A DNA stretch of 64,000 nt from Candidatus Poribacteria bacterium (GTDB lineage Bacteria; Poribacteria; WGA-4E; PCPOR2b), in the NCBI GenBank assembly GCA_965208325.1, contig OZ242326.1:3424001-3488000 (forward strand), written 5' to 3'. The position numbers were made by a program, and so were the translations under genes. The number at the start of each line of letters is the position of its first letter. Position 1 is the first letter of the stretch. This document shows, piece after piece, positions 1-10,192 of this stretch. The notes under the pieces were generated by a model that made no database searches, was not told where the DNA came from, and saw only the letters and a program-made list of their open reading frames with translations.

Positions 1-336
1 AAAGCGATGCGTTCTAGCGACATCAACTGGGGGCAGATGTCCGACCGGTCGCAGTACGTGCTAATTCTTCTCGCCATTACCTTTACCTCCCTGATGGGAT
101 TGATGGGGTATGCGCGGTCTGGCCTCCGCGAGAATTGGCACATTTTTGGTGTGATGCCCGACACCTCTCCGGATGCGTTCACACCTCTTCTTGCGGATGC
201 CGTCAATGTCATCGCCGTTATCATAGTGATATTCTTCGCCTTGGTCGGCTTTATCTTCTGGATCGGTTTATGGGGCGACAAGAAGAAAGCAAAACTTGCA
301 AGTCTTGAAGCAGAAAATGCCGTGGGAGACGACTAA
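1..336 (+). CDS. C-terminal fragment of a cytochrome bd-like oxidase subunit (Nitrospira/Nitrospina-type), truncated by the window edge
   Basis: Frame is open from base 1. Two TM helices around 'MGYARSGLRENWHIFGVMPDTSPDAFTP', which I recall from bd-like subunits, followed by cytochrome c genes. Confidence 0.6.
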   Translation, partial: KAMRSSDINWGQMSDRSQYVLILLAITFTSLMGLMGYARSGLRENWHIFGVMPDTSPDAFTPLLADAVNVIAVIIVIFFALVGFIFWIGLWGDKKKAKLASLEAENAVGDD

Positions 337-360
337 GAACCGCGCAGTTGGGATGAAACG

Positions 361-1881
361 ATGCAAAAACCGCATATTAGAATTGCCACCTTAATTTTAA
401 TGATTGTGAGTTTTATCGCCTACGTCGCGAAATTTCCTGCTTTTCCGATCGCGTCGGAAAACTTGCTGCCGTGGTCGGTGTGGTTTTTTATCCTTGCCTT
501 GTCAAATGTTATACTTTGGCAGAGCGTGATAAAACTGCTGTCATTCTCATTGATGGTCATCTGGTTCTATGCGTTTGCTGCCAGTGTTGTTCCAGACACA
601 TCGACTGCGACGGTGGATTTGTCAAGCATTGAGCGAACACCGGAGGCATTTGTTGAGGCAGGGGAGATAATTTTTAACGGAAAAGGAAAGTGCAACACCT
701 GCCACACGCTCGATCCGTCCGCGCCAAAAGGCCGCTGTCCCGATTTATCGGTTATCGGCTCCCAAGCCGGGACGCGCAAACCCGGCGTTTCGGCAAAGGA
801 TTATCTAATCGAATCTACGTATGAACCGCATAAATTCCTCGTCACCGGCTACGGCAACATTATGCCGCCGGTTTGGAAACCGCCAATCAGTTTATCCGAA
901 TTGGAGATTGAAACGGTAATTGCCTTCCTCCAAAATCAAGGCGGTGACGTGGACTTGACGCCCTTTGATCCGCCTGTTGATATTGAAAGCGCGGCAGATG
1001 CAGTTGAGGAATTGCCGCCCCTCCTCAGCGGCGACGTTGAGCGCGGCAAACGGGTTTTTGTAGACGGTGCGAAATGTATCGCGTGCCACGCTGTTGCCGG
1101 AGTAGAGCAACCTGCCGGCCAAACGCTTGATGACGGCGTTGAAGTGGTCGCCGCCCCCGATTTGTCAGAGATTGCCGCATTAAACAGTCTCCGGTACATT
1201 GAAGAGTCCATCCTGTTACCAAATGCCCTAATTGTGAGCGGATACGGTTCCGTCACGGTGAAAACCGGGGGCGCCTCAATTCAGGGGACGCTCGTATCCC
1301 AAGACAACGAGAATATTACCCTGCGGGTGAAAGATTCCGCCGGCGTTGAAACCGAACAGCAAATACGCTTGAGCGAACTCGATCCGGAACCGATTGAAGC
1401 GCTTACCGATTTGAATGCAAACGGATACTTTTGGATCCAAGCGGCGCTCGCCGATACCGGAGAAACTATAAGCGGTGACCTTCTCGAAGAGGATGAGGAA
1501 AACATTACACTGCAGGATGGTGGAGAAACGCTGACAGTTTCTAAATCGAAAGTGAAGGTTCAGGCGACCATCATTGATTTTGATGAGAACGTCATCGTCG
1601 GGGAGTTGGTAGCGGAAAATGAAGACGAAATTACGTTAAATGTTGACGGCGAAGAACAGACGATTGACAAGTTCGATATTGACGAAGGGCCGACCTACAG
1701 CCGCGCCTTTGGGAAACGACTTTATGTGACCTCCCCGATGCCGAACAACTTTCCGCTGTTGCTGTCGGTTGGGGACATGAGCGATCTGCTCGCATATTTA
1801 TCAACCCTAACGGGCACAGTGGAGGCGGCAGTGGCTGAAGGTGAATCCCAAGACGAAGCGGTGGAAGAAACCGCCGAATAA
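361..1881 (+). CDS. Membrane-anchored diheme c-type cytochrome
   Basis: N-terminal TM helices, CNTCH and CIACH heme motifs, distal Met candidates (IMPP, SPMP). Confidence 0.85.
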   Translation: MQKPHIRIATLILMIVSFIAYVAKFPAFPIASENLLPWSVWFFILALSNVILWQSVIKLLSFSLMVIWFYAFAASVVPDTSTATVDLSSIERTPEAFVEAGEIIFNGKGKCNTCHTLDPSAPKGRCPDLSVIGSQAGTRKPGVSAKDYLIESTYEPHKFLVTGYGNIMPPVWKPPISLSELEIETVIAFLQNQGGDVDLTPFDPPVDIESAADAVEELPPLLSGDVERGKRVFVDGAKCIACHAVAGVEQPAGQTLDDGVEVVAAPDLSEIAALNSLRYIEESILLPNALIVSGYGSVTVKTGGASIQGTLVSQDNENITLRVKDSAGVETEQQIRLSELDPEPIEALTDLNANGYFWIQAALADTGETISGDLLEEDEENITLQDGGETLTVSKSKVKVQATIIDFDENVIVGELVAENEDEITLNVDGEEQTIDKFDIDEGPTYSRAFGKRLYVTSPMPNNFPLLLSVGDMSDLLAYLSTLTGTVEAAVAEGESQDEAVEETAE

Positions 1882-1897
1882 GGAGCGTTGAGCCGAT

Positions 1898-2677
1898 ATG
1901 CCAAAATTATCGCTTTTCACCAAATGCGTTATCCTATTTGCCGCGGTTTGGCTCTTCTTAGAGTTTTTCATCGGCGGCGTATGGTCCGTGCCGCTGCCCG
2001 CCAGCGTAATTGGCATGTATCTCGGTCTCATACTAGTGGCGATTCTGGTTCACGTATCCGTTGAAGATGACAGGTTTCGAGAATTTCTGCGCCCCATCAA
2101 AGAGACTTTGGCTGATGATAAAAGAAGGACAAGATGTACTGTATTGTTCGTCCTTGTTCCGCTGGTTATGCTCGTTTTCACCTTTTCAAAGGTATCGACG
2201 AAAGCAGAAGCGCCAGCATCGGTGCGCATTGCCCATCCAGCGCCACCTGATGAACTGACTTACGGTGACAAGGTAATCGGTCCCATACAAGAGGTGGAGA
2301 ACCCTTTCCGGCACCTTGAAAAAGACGACAAAGATGCGTTCCGGGCGCATGCAGAGAATGGACGCCGAGTCTACTATCAAAACTGCTTTTATTGCCACGG
2401 CGACGATCTTGACGGTGAAGGACATTTCGCCCACGGATTGAACCCACTGCCTGCCAACTTTCAAGACCCTGGCATCATCCCAAATTTCCAAGAGTCATTC
2501 TTTTTCTGGCGTATCAGTAAAGGGGGACCAGGCTTGCCGCCATCCGCTACGCCATGGGACTCCGCCATGCCGGTCTGGGAAGACTACTTGACTGAAGAAG
2601 AGATATGGGACGTCATTATCTTTTTGTCGGAATACACCGGCTATAAGCCGAGGACGTTTGGCGAGGCAGCCCACTAA
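1898..2677 (+). CDS. Membrane-anchored monoheme cytochrome c
   Basis: Three TM segments, CFYCH, 'SAMPVW' axial Met motif. Confidence 0.85.
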   Translation: MPKLSLFTKCVILFAAVWLFLEFFIGGVWSVPLPASVIGMYLGLILVAILVHVSVEDDRFREFLRPIKETLADDKRRTRCTVLFVLVPLVMLVFTFSKVSTKAEAPASVRIAHPAPPDELTYGDKVIGPIQEVENPFRHLEKDDKDAFRAHAENGRRVYYQNCFYCHGDDLDGEGHFAHGLNPLPANFQDPGIIPNFQESFFFWRISKGGPGLPPSATPWDSAMPVWEDYLTEEEIWDVIIFLSEYTGYKPRTFGEAAH

Positions 2678-2707
2678 ACGCTGGTGAAGAGCGGATGAAG
2701 TGCTAAA

Positions 2708-2953
2708 ATGCAATCAGTTACCTGCTTGGTAAAACGAGAAAGCAATCAATATGTTTCTCTATGTGTTGAATTAGATGTCGCCTCGTGCGGTAAAACGAAA
2801 AGGGAAGCCATTGAAGGGTTAAAAAACGCAATTGAGGCCTATATCGAGTATATGTCCTCCGAAATGCGTGACAAAGAGATTTACAGGCCAGTGCCTTTGC
2901 ATGAGTTGCGAAATTTCCTTTTTTCTGTGAAAAATGAACCGATTATTTGCTAA
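2708..2953 (+). CDS. HicB-like antitoxin (orphan)
   Basis: 'YVSLCVELDVASCGKTKREAIEGLKNAIEAY' matches the HicB N-terminal pattern. No hicA is adjacent. Confidence 0.7.
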   Translation: MQSVTCLVKRESNQYVSLCVELDVASCGKTKREAIEGLKNAIEAYIEYMSSEMRDKEIYRPVPLHELRNFLFSVKNEPIIC

Positions 2954-4664
2954 GAAATCATTCATAATACATATTGCAAGTTTCCTGCTGCTTCCTGCAA
3001 TCATAACATGTCCGCTATTTGCACAGGGCAAATCTGCCCCGGCTGCTTCCGAGGCGGGAAATTTGCTCTATATAGATAAGTGTGGGCATTGCCACGGAAT
3101 TGAAGGAGCCGGGGACGGGGATGCTGCTGAGAACCTGTTGCCAAGGCCGAGGGATTTCACGTCAGGGCTTTACAAGATTCGGTCCACAGAGAGCGGTAAC
3201 TTACCAACCGACCAGGACCTATTTGAGGTAATCTCAAACGGTATGCCGGGATCGTCTATGCCAGCGTGGAAAGGGCTCCTCAGTGAGGACGAACGATGGA
3301 GCCTCGTCGCCCAAATCAAGACATACTTCGACGGTTTTGAAGAGGCGTCAAGGCGAGTAATTGACCTGTCAGGGAAAATACCCTATTCTGAGGAAAGCGT
3401 GGCTAAAGGGAAAACGTTCTATGCCGAACTCGGGTGCGTCGAATGTCACGGCGTACTTGGACGGGGAGACGGCACGTCTGCGCCAGACCTCACCGATGAA
3501 TCGGGATTTCGCTCGTGGCCCGCGAATATGGAGCACAGTTGGAACTTCAGGGGCGGTTCAGCGACGGAGGAAATTTTTAAGCGGTTTATAGGCGGAATTG
3601 CCGGTTCGCCGATGCCGGCATTCGTGTCCTCATTCCGACTCGGTTTAACCGACGCCGAGTCAGCCCGGATAATCGCGCTTGAAGATCAAGACGAAATGAC
3701 TGAGGAGGAGGAAGCCGAGTATACGCAGTTAGAGGAAAAAGCCTACGAGTATGAAGACATCATGCTCAGAATCGAGGAAGGCGAAGAAATCACACACGAA
3801 GAGCAGAACAAACTCGACGAAGCCATGAAGCCAATATTTGAGAAAAGTTGGCACTTGGCAAACTATGTCAAATCGTTGGGGCGCGAAGGCCGCCCCCCAG
3901 CTGCGGTCGGTGATAAGGTCCTACGCTCCCAATATTTTGTCGGTGACCTGCCGGGGTTGAATGATGCCGCCTGGAGTGAAATCAAGGAGGCTAGTTACTT
4001 TCCGCTTGTGGGTCAGGTTGTTATTGAACCGCGGCAGTTCAACCCTTCAATCGATTCCGTAACCGCCAAGTCTTACTATAACGATAATGAAGCCGCGTTT
4101 CTCTTTGAGTGGGACGATCGGACGAAAACCCTTCCGCAAGCGGACGATGAGACGGGAGAAACTGTTGAGGACGCCATTGCGATTCAGTTCCCTGTAAAGG
4201 TGCCGAAGAGTCCGTCTGATCCCAAACCGTACTTTATCTGGGGCGGACGCCGCCCCGTTTACCTCTGGCACTGGAAGGTTTCCGAACCAAACAAAATCAC
4301 GGAGATGAACGCCAAGGGAATTGATAAAGCCACTGTTCAGGCGTCACAAAGCCAGATGCAGGTTGAAGGTGTTTACGAAGACGGACGATACCGCCTGTGG
4401 GTTAAGCGAGCGTTGAAGACAGATGACAGGAACGACCTTAAGTTTGAACCTGAAACTTTCATCCCCATCGCTTTTTCCGCTTGGGACGGTGCCAACGGCG
4501 ACGTGAAAACGAAGCGAGCCATTTCGACGTGGTATTCTTTCGTTCTAGATCCTGTTCCTTCAAACAAGCGTTTCGTGTATCCGCCGGTTGTAGCGCTTAT
4601 CTCCGCCGGGTTGCTTTTTGGCTTGAGAAAAAGCGTAAGAAATCGTGAGAAACTGAATCAATAG
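2934..4664 (+). CDS. Diheme cytochrome c fused to an ethylbenzene-dehydrogenase-gamma-like (EB_dh) heme-binding domain, with C-terminal TM anchor
   Basis: Signal peptide, CGHCH and CVECH, then 'FEWDDRT...DAIAIQFP...PYFIWG...IAFSAWDG' EB_dh-like motifs. Confidence 0.8.
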   Translation: MNRLFAKKSFIIHIASFLLLPAIITCPLFAQGKSAPAASEAGNLLYIDKCGHCHGIEGAGDGDAAENLLPRPRDFTSGLYKIRSTESGNLPTDQDLFEVISNGMPGSSMPAWKGLLSEDERWSLVAQIKTYFDGFEEASRRVIDLSGKIPYSEESVAKGKTFYAELGCVECHGVLGRGDGTSAPDLTDESGFRSWPANMEHSWNFRGGSATEEIFKRFIGGIAGSPMPAFVSSFRLGLTDAESARIIALEDQDEMTEEEEAEYTQLEEKAYEYEDIMLRIEEGEEITHEEQNKLDEAMKPIFEKSWHLANYVKSLGREGRPPAAVGDKVLRSQYFVGDLPGLNDAAWSEIKEASYFPLVGQVVIEPRQFNPSIDSVTAKSYYNDNEAAFLFEWDDRTKTLPQADDETGETVEDAIAIQFPVKVPKSPSDPKPYFIWGGRRPVYLWHWKVSEPNKITEMNAKGIDKATVQASQSQMQVEGVYEDGRYRLWVKRALKTDDRNDLKFEPETFIPIAFSAWDGANGDVKTKRAISTWYSFVLDPVPSNKRFVYPPVVALISAGLLFGLRKSVRNREKLNQ

Positions 4665-4794
4665 ACTGTGGAAATGGCAACAGGCGGATGTGAACCGCTA
4701 ATCCCTAGGTAGTTGGCAATTGAGCAATTATAGTTTGGAAACATCACAATGCATCGAAATAACTTTAAAAAAAATCTATAAAAGGAGTTCAATC

Positions 4795-5583
4795 ATGAAA
4801 ACCCATGTTTTTACAATGTTAACTTTAGTCATCACGGGTATGTTTGCCGCGAGTGCCGCCGCCGCGGGTGATGATGAAGCCGCCGAATCGCTTGTGTTCC
4901 CCGAAAGTTATAAAGCCGGAAGCGTTTCAAATGGGGGCACTATCACCGGTACGGTGACGTTTGAGGGTGAAGCCCCCGCAATGAAAAAACTTGAAATCAC
5001 GAAGAACCCGGAAGTCTGCGGTGTAACCGATAAGTTTGATGAGTCGGTAGTGGTCGGCGAAGGAAACGGTTTGAAAAACACCATCATTTATCTGATGGAT
5101 ATCTCGTCAGGCGCAGGTTTTCCGAAAGGCGCAAAGGTCAAACACCAGATTGATCAAAAAGGATGTCAATTTAACCCGCATGTCAATTTGATTCCAGTGG
5201 GGAAGCGATTAACCATGCTCAACCCTGACAAAATCATGCACAACGTCCATATTTTTAGCAAAGAGAACCCACCCTACAACAAATCGCAGCCGGGCAGCAG
5301 GAGGAAGATGCCGGTTAAAGCCGTCAAAAAGGCGGAAGGGCCTGTGGCTGTCAAATGCGATGTGCACGGTTGGATGAAAGCCTGGATTGCTTACATACCA
5401 CATCCATACTTTGCCGTCAGCGATGAGAACGGGCAATACAAACTGGAAAACGTGCCGCCGGGAACGTATAAGCTTGGCTACTGGCACGAAGCCTGCGGGA
5501 CGAATACGGAATCACCCGAGTCTGTAACCGTTGACGCCGGCGGTGCAGCCACAAAAGACTTCACGCTTTCACTCAAAAACTGA
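4795..5583 (+). CDS. Secreted cupredoxin-like / carboxypeptidase-regulatory-like domain protein
   Basis: AGGAG RBS before ATG 4795, signal peptide, HNVH...CDVHGWM type-1 copper-like ligands. Confidence 0.75.
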   Translation: MKTHVFTMLTLVITGMFAASAAAAGDDEAAESLVFPESYKAGSVSNGGTITGTVTFEGEAPAMKKLEITKNPEVCGVTDKFDESVVVGEGNGLKNTIIYLMDISSGAGFPKGAKVKHQIDQKGCQFNPHVNLIPVGKRLTMLNPDKIMHNVHIFSKENPPYNKSQPGSRRKMPVKAVKKAEGPVAVKCDVHGWMKAWIAYIPHPYFAVSDENGQYKLENVPPGTYKLGYWHEACGTNTESPESVTVDAGGAATKDFTLSLKN

Positions 5584-5673
5584 AGCACCCTATTCGGTTT
5601 TGCCATATAGTCGCCGTTTTAGGCGACTTATGGAAATCTTGGATTTGTGTGGTGATTGCGGGTCATCAAGTGG

Positions 5674-6636
5674 ATGAAAAAAATGCATCCGATTGAAGTC
5701 GAGAATCTCCACCACGCTTATGGTGATCGACAAGCGCTGGTTGGCGTGACTCTTGATGTGCCGCAAGGTGAAATTTTTGGCGTCCTTGGACCGAATGGCG
5801 GTGGCAAAACTACACTTTTTAAGATTCTTTCGACACTAATCACCGCTAACAACGGAACGGTGCGATTGTTCGGTTATGATCAGACCGACAAACCGCACGA
5901 AGTTAGAAAACACTTGGGGGTGGTTTTTCAGCATCCTAGTTTGGATTTGAAGCTTACGGCGGTTGAAAATCTTCGTCATCACGGGCACCTCTACGGACTG
6001 TGGGGTAAAGCGCTCAACCGTAGAATCCAAGTTGTGATTGACCAACTGGGACTTTCCGAGCGCGGGGCGGATTTGGTAGAAGCGCTCTCCGGCGGTTTGC
6101 GAAGGCGGGTTGAACTCGCGAAGGCAATCCTCCATCAACCCAACTTACTGTTGCTTGATGAACCGAGCACCGGCCTCGATCCTGGGATTCGTCAACAGTT
6201 TAGATTGCATCTTCAATATCTGCGAAAACAAGATGGTACGACCATCGTGCTGACAACCCACATTCTGGACGAAGCCGAGTGGTGCGATCGTGTTGGTATT
6301 CTTGATGAGGGTAGGTTGGTTGCCATAGGAACGCCAGCGGCGTTGAAAGAACAGGTGGGCGCGGACGTTGTCATTATTGATGCGTCGAATCCAGAAGCGT
6401 TAGCCGATAGAATCAAACAGCGCTTTGGGTACGGTTTTACCTTGGTTGACCGATCGCTGCGCGTAGAATGCGCTCAAGGGCATGAATTTGCTCGAGACGT
6501 TGTCGCTGCGTTTCCGCAAGAGATTCAATCGGTGCGATTTGGAAAACCGACGTTAGAAGATGTATTTGTAAAAGCGACCGGGCATCGCTTCGCGGAATCA
6601 GCCATCAACGAAAATAGGGATCAACTGAGCGGATAG
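5674..6636 (+). CDS. ABC transporter ATP-binding protein (DrrA-like); start uncertain (5656-5683)
   Basis: GPNGGGKT Walker A, LSGG signature, LLLLDEP Walker B. Confidence 0.9.
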   Translation: MKKMHPIEVENLHHAYGDRQALVGVTLDVPQGEIFGVLGPNGGGKTTLFKILSTLITANNGTVRLFGYDQTDKPHEVRKHLGVVFQHPSLDLKLTAVENLRHHGHLYGLWGKALNRRIQVVIDQLGLSERGADLVEALSGGLRRRVELAKAILHQPNLLLLDEPSTGLDPGIRQQFRLHLQYLRKQDGTTIVLTTHILDEAEWCDRVGILDEGRLVAIGTPAALKEQVGADVVIIDASNPEALADRIKQRFGYGFTLVDRSLRVECAQGHEFARDVVAAFPQEIQSVRFGKPTLEDVFVKATGHRFAESAINENRDQLSG

Positions 6637-6697
6637 CGAAGGCGATAGTCTTTTCCGACATTGAAAACTGTCGCGCTCACTACCCATTAGCCAGATT
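6619..6697. repeat. Inverted pair of a ~35-nt dispersed motif (GATCAA...GCGATAGTYTT)
   Basis: Forward arm 6619-6653, reverse arm 6663-6697. The forward arm supplies the ATPase stop codon. Confidence 0.7.
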
Positions 6698-6705
6698 TTA
6701 CCCTC

Positions 6706-7479
6706 ATGAGAAGATTATTACTTCCCGTGATGACCTTATGGCGGCGTGAGGTCATAAGGTTTATCCGTCAGCGAAGCCGCTTAATCAGTGCATTTGCGCA
6801 GCCCTTAGTCTTCTGGCTGCTGTTGGGAGCGGGATTAGGACAATCGTTTCACCCATCTGGTGCGGCAGAGACAACACGGTATTTTGAATATCTGTTCGCC
6901 GGCATAATTGTGCTGGTACTCTTGTTTACCGCAATTTTCGCAACCATTTCGATTGTTCAAGACCGGCGCGAGGGGTTTCTTCAGGGTGTACTTGTCGCGC
7001 CGGTTTCAAGAGGTTCTATCGTTCTCGGGCAAGCGCTTGGCGGTACGACACTAGCCCTGCTGCAGGGTGTTCTATTTCTTTGCCTGGCGCCCGTAGTGGG
7101 AGTGAGCTTGAGCATCTCCTCCACCGCCGCAACAATAGGGATAATTGCTTTACTTGCGTTTGGGTTGACAAACCTCGGCTTGATGATTGCTTGGCGCATG
7201 GATTCGCCGCAAGGTTTTCACGCAATAATGAATTTAATTCTATTCCCAATTTGGATTCTCTCCGGCGCTTTTTTCCCTATCTCCGGAGTACCCGCGTTTT
7301 TTGAATGGGTGATGAAACTCAATCCGTTAACCTACGGCGTTGCAGCGCTGCGCCGATGTTTGTATTTACATGACGCTGCAGGAGTCGGGGAGATACCTCA
7401 ACTAACACTGTCTTTGTTAATAACTAGCTTGTTCTGTATTTTGACCTATGTAGGCGCCGCTCGAACAGCGGCAAGTTAG
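6706..7479 (+). CDS. ABC-2 type transporter permease
   Basis: Six TM helices, 'DRREGFLQGVLVAP' and 'SGAFFP...NPLTYGV' motifs. Confidence 0.9.
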   Translation: MRRLLLPVMTLWRREVIRFIRQRSRLISAFAQPLVFWLLLGAGLGQSFHPSGAAETTRYFEYLFAGIIVLVLLFTAIFATISIVQDRREGFLQGVLVAPVSRGSIVLGQALGGTTLALLQGVLFLCLAPVVGVSLSISSTAATIGIIALLAFGLTNLGLMIAWRMDSPQGFHAIMNLILFPIWILSGAFFPISGVPAFFEWVMKLNPLTYGVAALRRCLYLHDAAGVGEIPQLTLSLLITSLFCILTYVGAARTAAS

Positions 7480-7558
7480 GATCGGGCGAACGAATATTTA
7501 GCGCAATAGTCATCACCGTCGGTTAGAACTATTGCCATCGTAATTCACTCGGTTGATC
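7480..7558. repeat. Second inverted pair of the ~35-nt motif
   Basis: gatcgggcgaacgaatatttagcgcaatagtc ... aactattgccatcgtaattcactcggttgatc. Confidence 0.65.
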
Positions 7559-7583
7559 CTATAAATAAAGAAAGGAGATTTTG

Positions 7584-8294
7584 ATGCTTAAATGGCTGAA
7601 TTTTCCTGAGTGGCTTCCAGAAAACGTATCAACGTTCGGTAAAGGGGTTGACAACTTGTTTGTCGCTATTTACTGGATAACTTCAATTGCGTTTCTGGGT
7701 GTGATGATTACTTTGATTGTGTTTCTCATCAAATACCGCTATCAGGAAGGCCGTAGTGCAGGGTACATCCACGGCAATACGACGCTAGAATATGTGTGGA
7801 CGATTGCGACCGCAGTAATTGTGTTCGGACTCGCGATGTTCAGCTTGCCGCAATGGAACAAAATTAAATTCCCTTCCCAGTTTCCCGGCGACCCTGGTGC
7901 TGTCGTTCAAGTGAACGGAAAGCAGTTCAACTGGGATATGACCTATCCGGGCCCTGATGGTGAATGGGAAACTGACGATGACCTGCAACTCGAGAACCAG
8001 CTTCATGTACCTGTTAACGAGGTGGTGCATATCAGGCTGACGTCGGACGATGTTATTCATAGCTTCTTTGTGCCGCAACTCCGTCTCAAACAGGACGCCC
8101 TTCCCGGTAGGTTTATCAACGTTTGGTTCGAAGCAACGAAGCCCGGCACATATGAGATTCCGTGTGCGGAACTTTGCGGTTTTGGGCACTCCGGGATGCT
8201 CGGATACCTTACTGTCCACACGGAAGAAGATTACGAAGCGTGGAAGAGTGAGCGGTGGCCAGATACTGACACGAAAGGAGTCAACGTAGAATGA
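7584..8294 (+). CDS. coxB: Cytochrome c oxidase subunit II
   Basis: Two TM helices, DVIHSFFVP and CAELCGFGHSGM CuA motif. Confidence 0.95.
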   Translation: MLKWLNFPEWLPENVSTFGKGVDNLFVAIYWITSIAFLGVMITLIVFLIKYRYQEGRSAGYIHGNTTLEYVWTIATAVIVFGLAMFSLPQWNKIKFPSQFPGDPGAVVQVNGKQFNWDMTYPGPDGEWETDDDLQLENQLHVPVNEVVHIRLTSDDVIHSFFVPQLRLKQDALPGRFINVWFEATKPGTYEIPCAELCGFGHSGMLGYLTVHTEEDYEAWKSERWPDTDTKGVNVE

Positions 8295-10138
8295 ACGAAC
8301 ACACACAGGAATCACATGATCATCACCATGAAGAGAGTTTTGTCCGCAAATATATCTTTTCGCTCGATCATAAAACAATAGGCAAGCAGTTCCTCATCTT
8401 CGGCCTGATTATGTTCATTGTCGGGGGCGGGCTGGCGCTGCTTTTCCGTTGGCAACTCGCCTGGCCCGACAGGCCGCTGCCGATAATCGGGGCTTCCCAA
8501 ACCTATTTGGAGGAGGGCGAAGTTGAAACTGCTGCAGACCGGAAGTGGGAAGAACGTTACGATGACGATAAAGACTCTTGGTTAGAGACGAACATGCCCA
8601 GCGGGATTATAGACCCGAACTTTTATAATTCGCTGTTTACAATGCACGCCACCATTATGGTTTTCTTCGTGGTTGTACCGCTGCTTGTTGGTGCGTTTGG
8701 CAATTTCCTCATCCCGCTGATGATTGGGACCAGAGATATGGCGTTCCCGGTGCTGAATATGCTTTCTTTCTGGTCCAACATGCTCGGGACGATTATAATG
8801 ATTGCGGGGTTCTTTGTGCCCGGCGGGCACGCTGCGGCGGGCTGGACCGGCTACGCGCCGCTGTCTTCAGTCCCAGAGCTTAGCGGTGTAGATTGGGGAC
8901 AGAATCTCTGGTGCATCAGCCTTATTGTCATGGGTATCTCCTCGCTGATGGGGTCTATCAACTATATCACCACAATCATCAACATGCGTGCGCCGGGGAT
9001 GACATGGTTCCGTCTCCCGCTGGCGATTTGGGCGCTGTTTATCGTGGCGATTCTTCTGCTGCTCGCATTTCCTGTCGTGGCTTCTGCGCTCGGGCTAATC
9101 CTCTTCGACCGGTTGGCGGGAACGTCCTTCTTTTCCGCCGAAGGCGGCGGCGATGCCTTATTATGGCAGCACCTTTTCTGGTTCTTCGCGCATCCGGAGG
9201 TTTATATCCTCATTTTGCCCGGCATGGGTATGGCATCTGAAATGTTGCCTGTCTTTTCCAGAAAGCCCATCTTTGGCTATAAGTCAATGGTCTATGCCAT
9301 GATAGCAATTGCCTTTCTCAGCTGGATTGTATGGGGACACCACATGTTCCAGAGTGGGATGAACCCCGCATTGGGGATGGCGTTCATGACCACCACCATG
9401 CTAATTGCTGTACCTTCGGCAATTAAGACGTTTAACTGGCTCGGTACGCTATACCGGGCATCAATTCGATTCACCGTGCCGATGTTAAACACGCTTGCCT
9501 TTGTCTCAATGTTCGTCATTGGCGGTCTGAGCGGCATATACATGGCAAATTCGCCGGTTGACATCTACATCCACGATACATACTATATCGTGGCGCATAT
9601 TCATTATGTCGTCTTCGGCGGCAGCGTCTTCGCCATTTTTGGAGGTGTCTTCTACTGGTTCCCCAAAATGTTTGGGCGGCACATGAATGAGATTCTTGGA
9701 AAAATTCATTTTTGGATTTCGTTCATCGCCTTTAACGGCGTCTTTTTCCCGATGCACATCATCGGTGTTGGGGGGCACATGCGGCGAATCTCCAACCCGA
9801 CACAGTATGAATTTTTGCAACATATGCAATGGATAAATGTATTGATTACGATGTTTGCATTTGTTTTGGGCGCGGCTCAAATTCTGTTGCTCATCAATGT
9901 ATTTTGGAGCATGTTCCGCGGGAAGGTGGCTGAGCAGAATCCGTGGCAGGCAACCACCTTGGAATGGCAAGCACCGACGCCTGTCCCCCATGGCAATTTC
10001 GGAGCCATTCCGCACGTATATCACGGCCCCTATGAGTATAGCGTCCCTGGAGCTGAATCGGACTGGATCCCGCAGACGCAGCCGAACGGCGAATCGCTGC
10101 CCGACGAACCGGTACCGGCCGGAGCCGCCGCGGATTAA
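8291..10138 (+). CDS. ctaD: Cytochrome c oxidase subunit I (A1-type)
   Basis: DHKTIG, TMHA, WFFAHPEVY (D-channel Glu), WGHHMF, AHIHY ligand motifs. Confidence 0.97.
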   Translation: MNEHTQESHDHHHEESFVRKYIFSLDHKTIGKQFLIFGLIMFIVGGGLALLFRWQLAWPDRPLPIIGASQTYLEEGEVETAADRKWEERYDDDKDSWLETNMPSGIIDPNFYNSLFTMHATIMVFFVVVPLLVGAFGNFLIPLMIGTRDMAFPVLNMLSFWSNMLGTIIMIAGFFVPGGHAAAGWTGYAPLSSVPELSGVDWGQNLWCISLIVMGISSLMGSINYITTIINMRAPGMTWFRLPLAIWALFIVAILLLLAFPVVASALGLILFDRLAGTSFFSAEGGGDALLWQHLFWFFAHPEVYILILPGMGMASEMLPVFSRKPIFGYKSMVYAMIAIAFLSWIVWGHHMFQSGMNPALGMAFMTTTMLIAVPSAIKTFNWLGTLYRASIRFTVPMLNTLAFVSMFVIGGLSGIYMANSPVDIYIHDTYYIVAHIHYVVFGGSVFAIFGGVFYWFPKMFGRHMNEILGKIHFWISFIAFNGVFFPMHIIGVGGHMRRISNPTQYEFLQHMQWINVLITMFAFVLGAAQILLLINVFWSMFRGKVAEQNPWQATTLEWQAPTPVPHGNFGAIPHVYHGPYEYSVPGAESDWIPQTQPNGESLPDEPVPAGAAAD

Positions 10139-10192
10139 AGGTCTGCCGAACGCTCTAAACACCACCGAAACGGTTGGAAGGAAACCGATTCA

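Noticed and set aside
7785..10165. Long antisense ORFs over coxB/ctaD and other genes
   Set aside because: Shadow frames of well-supported genes with no motifs of their own.
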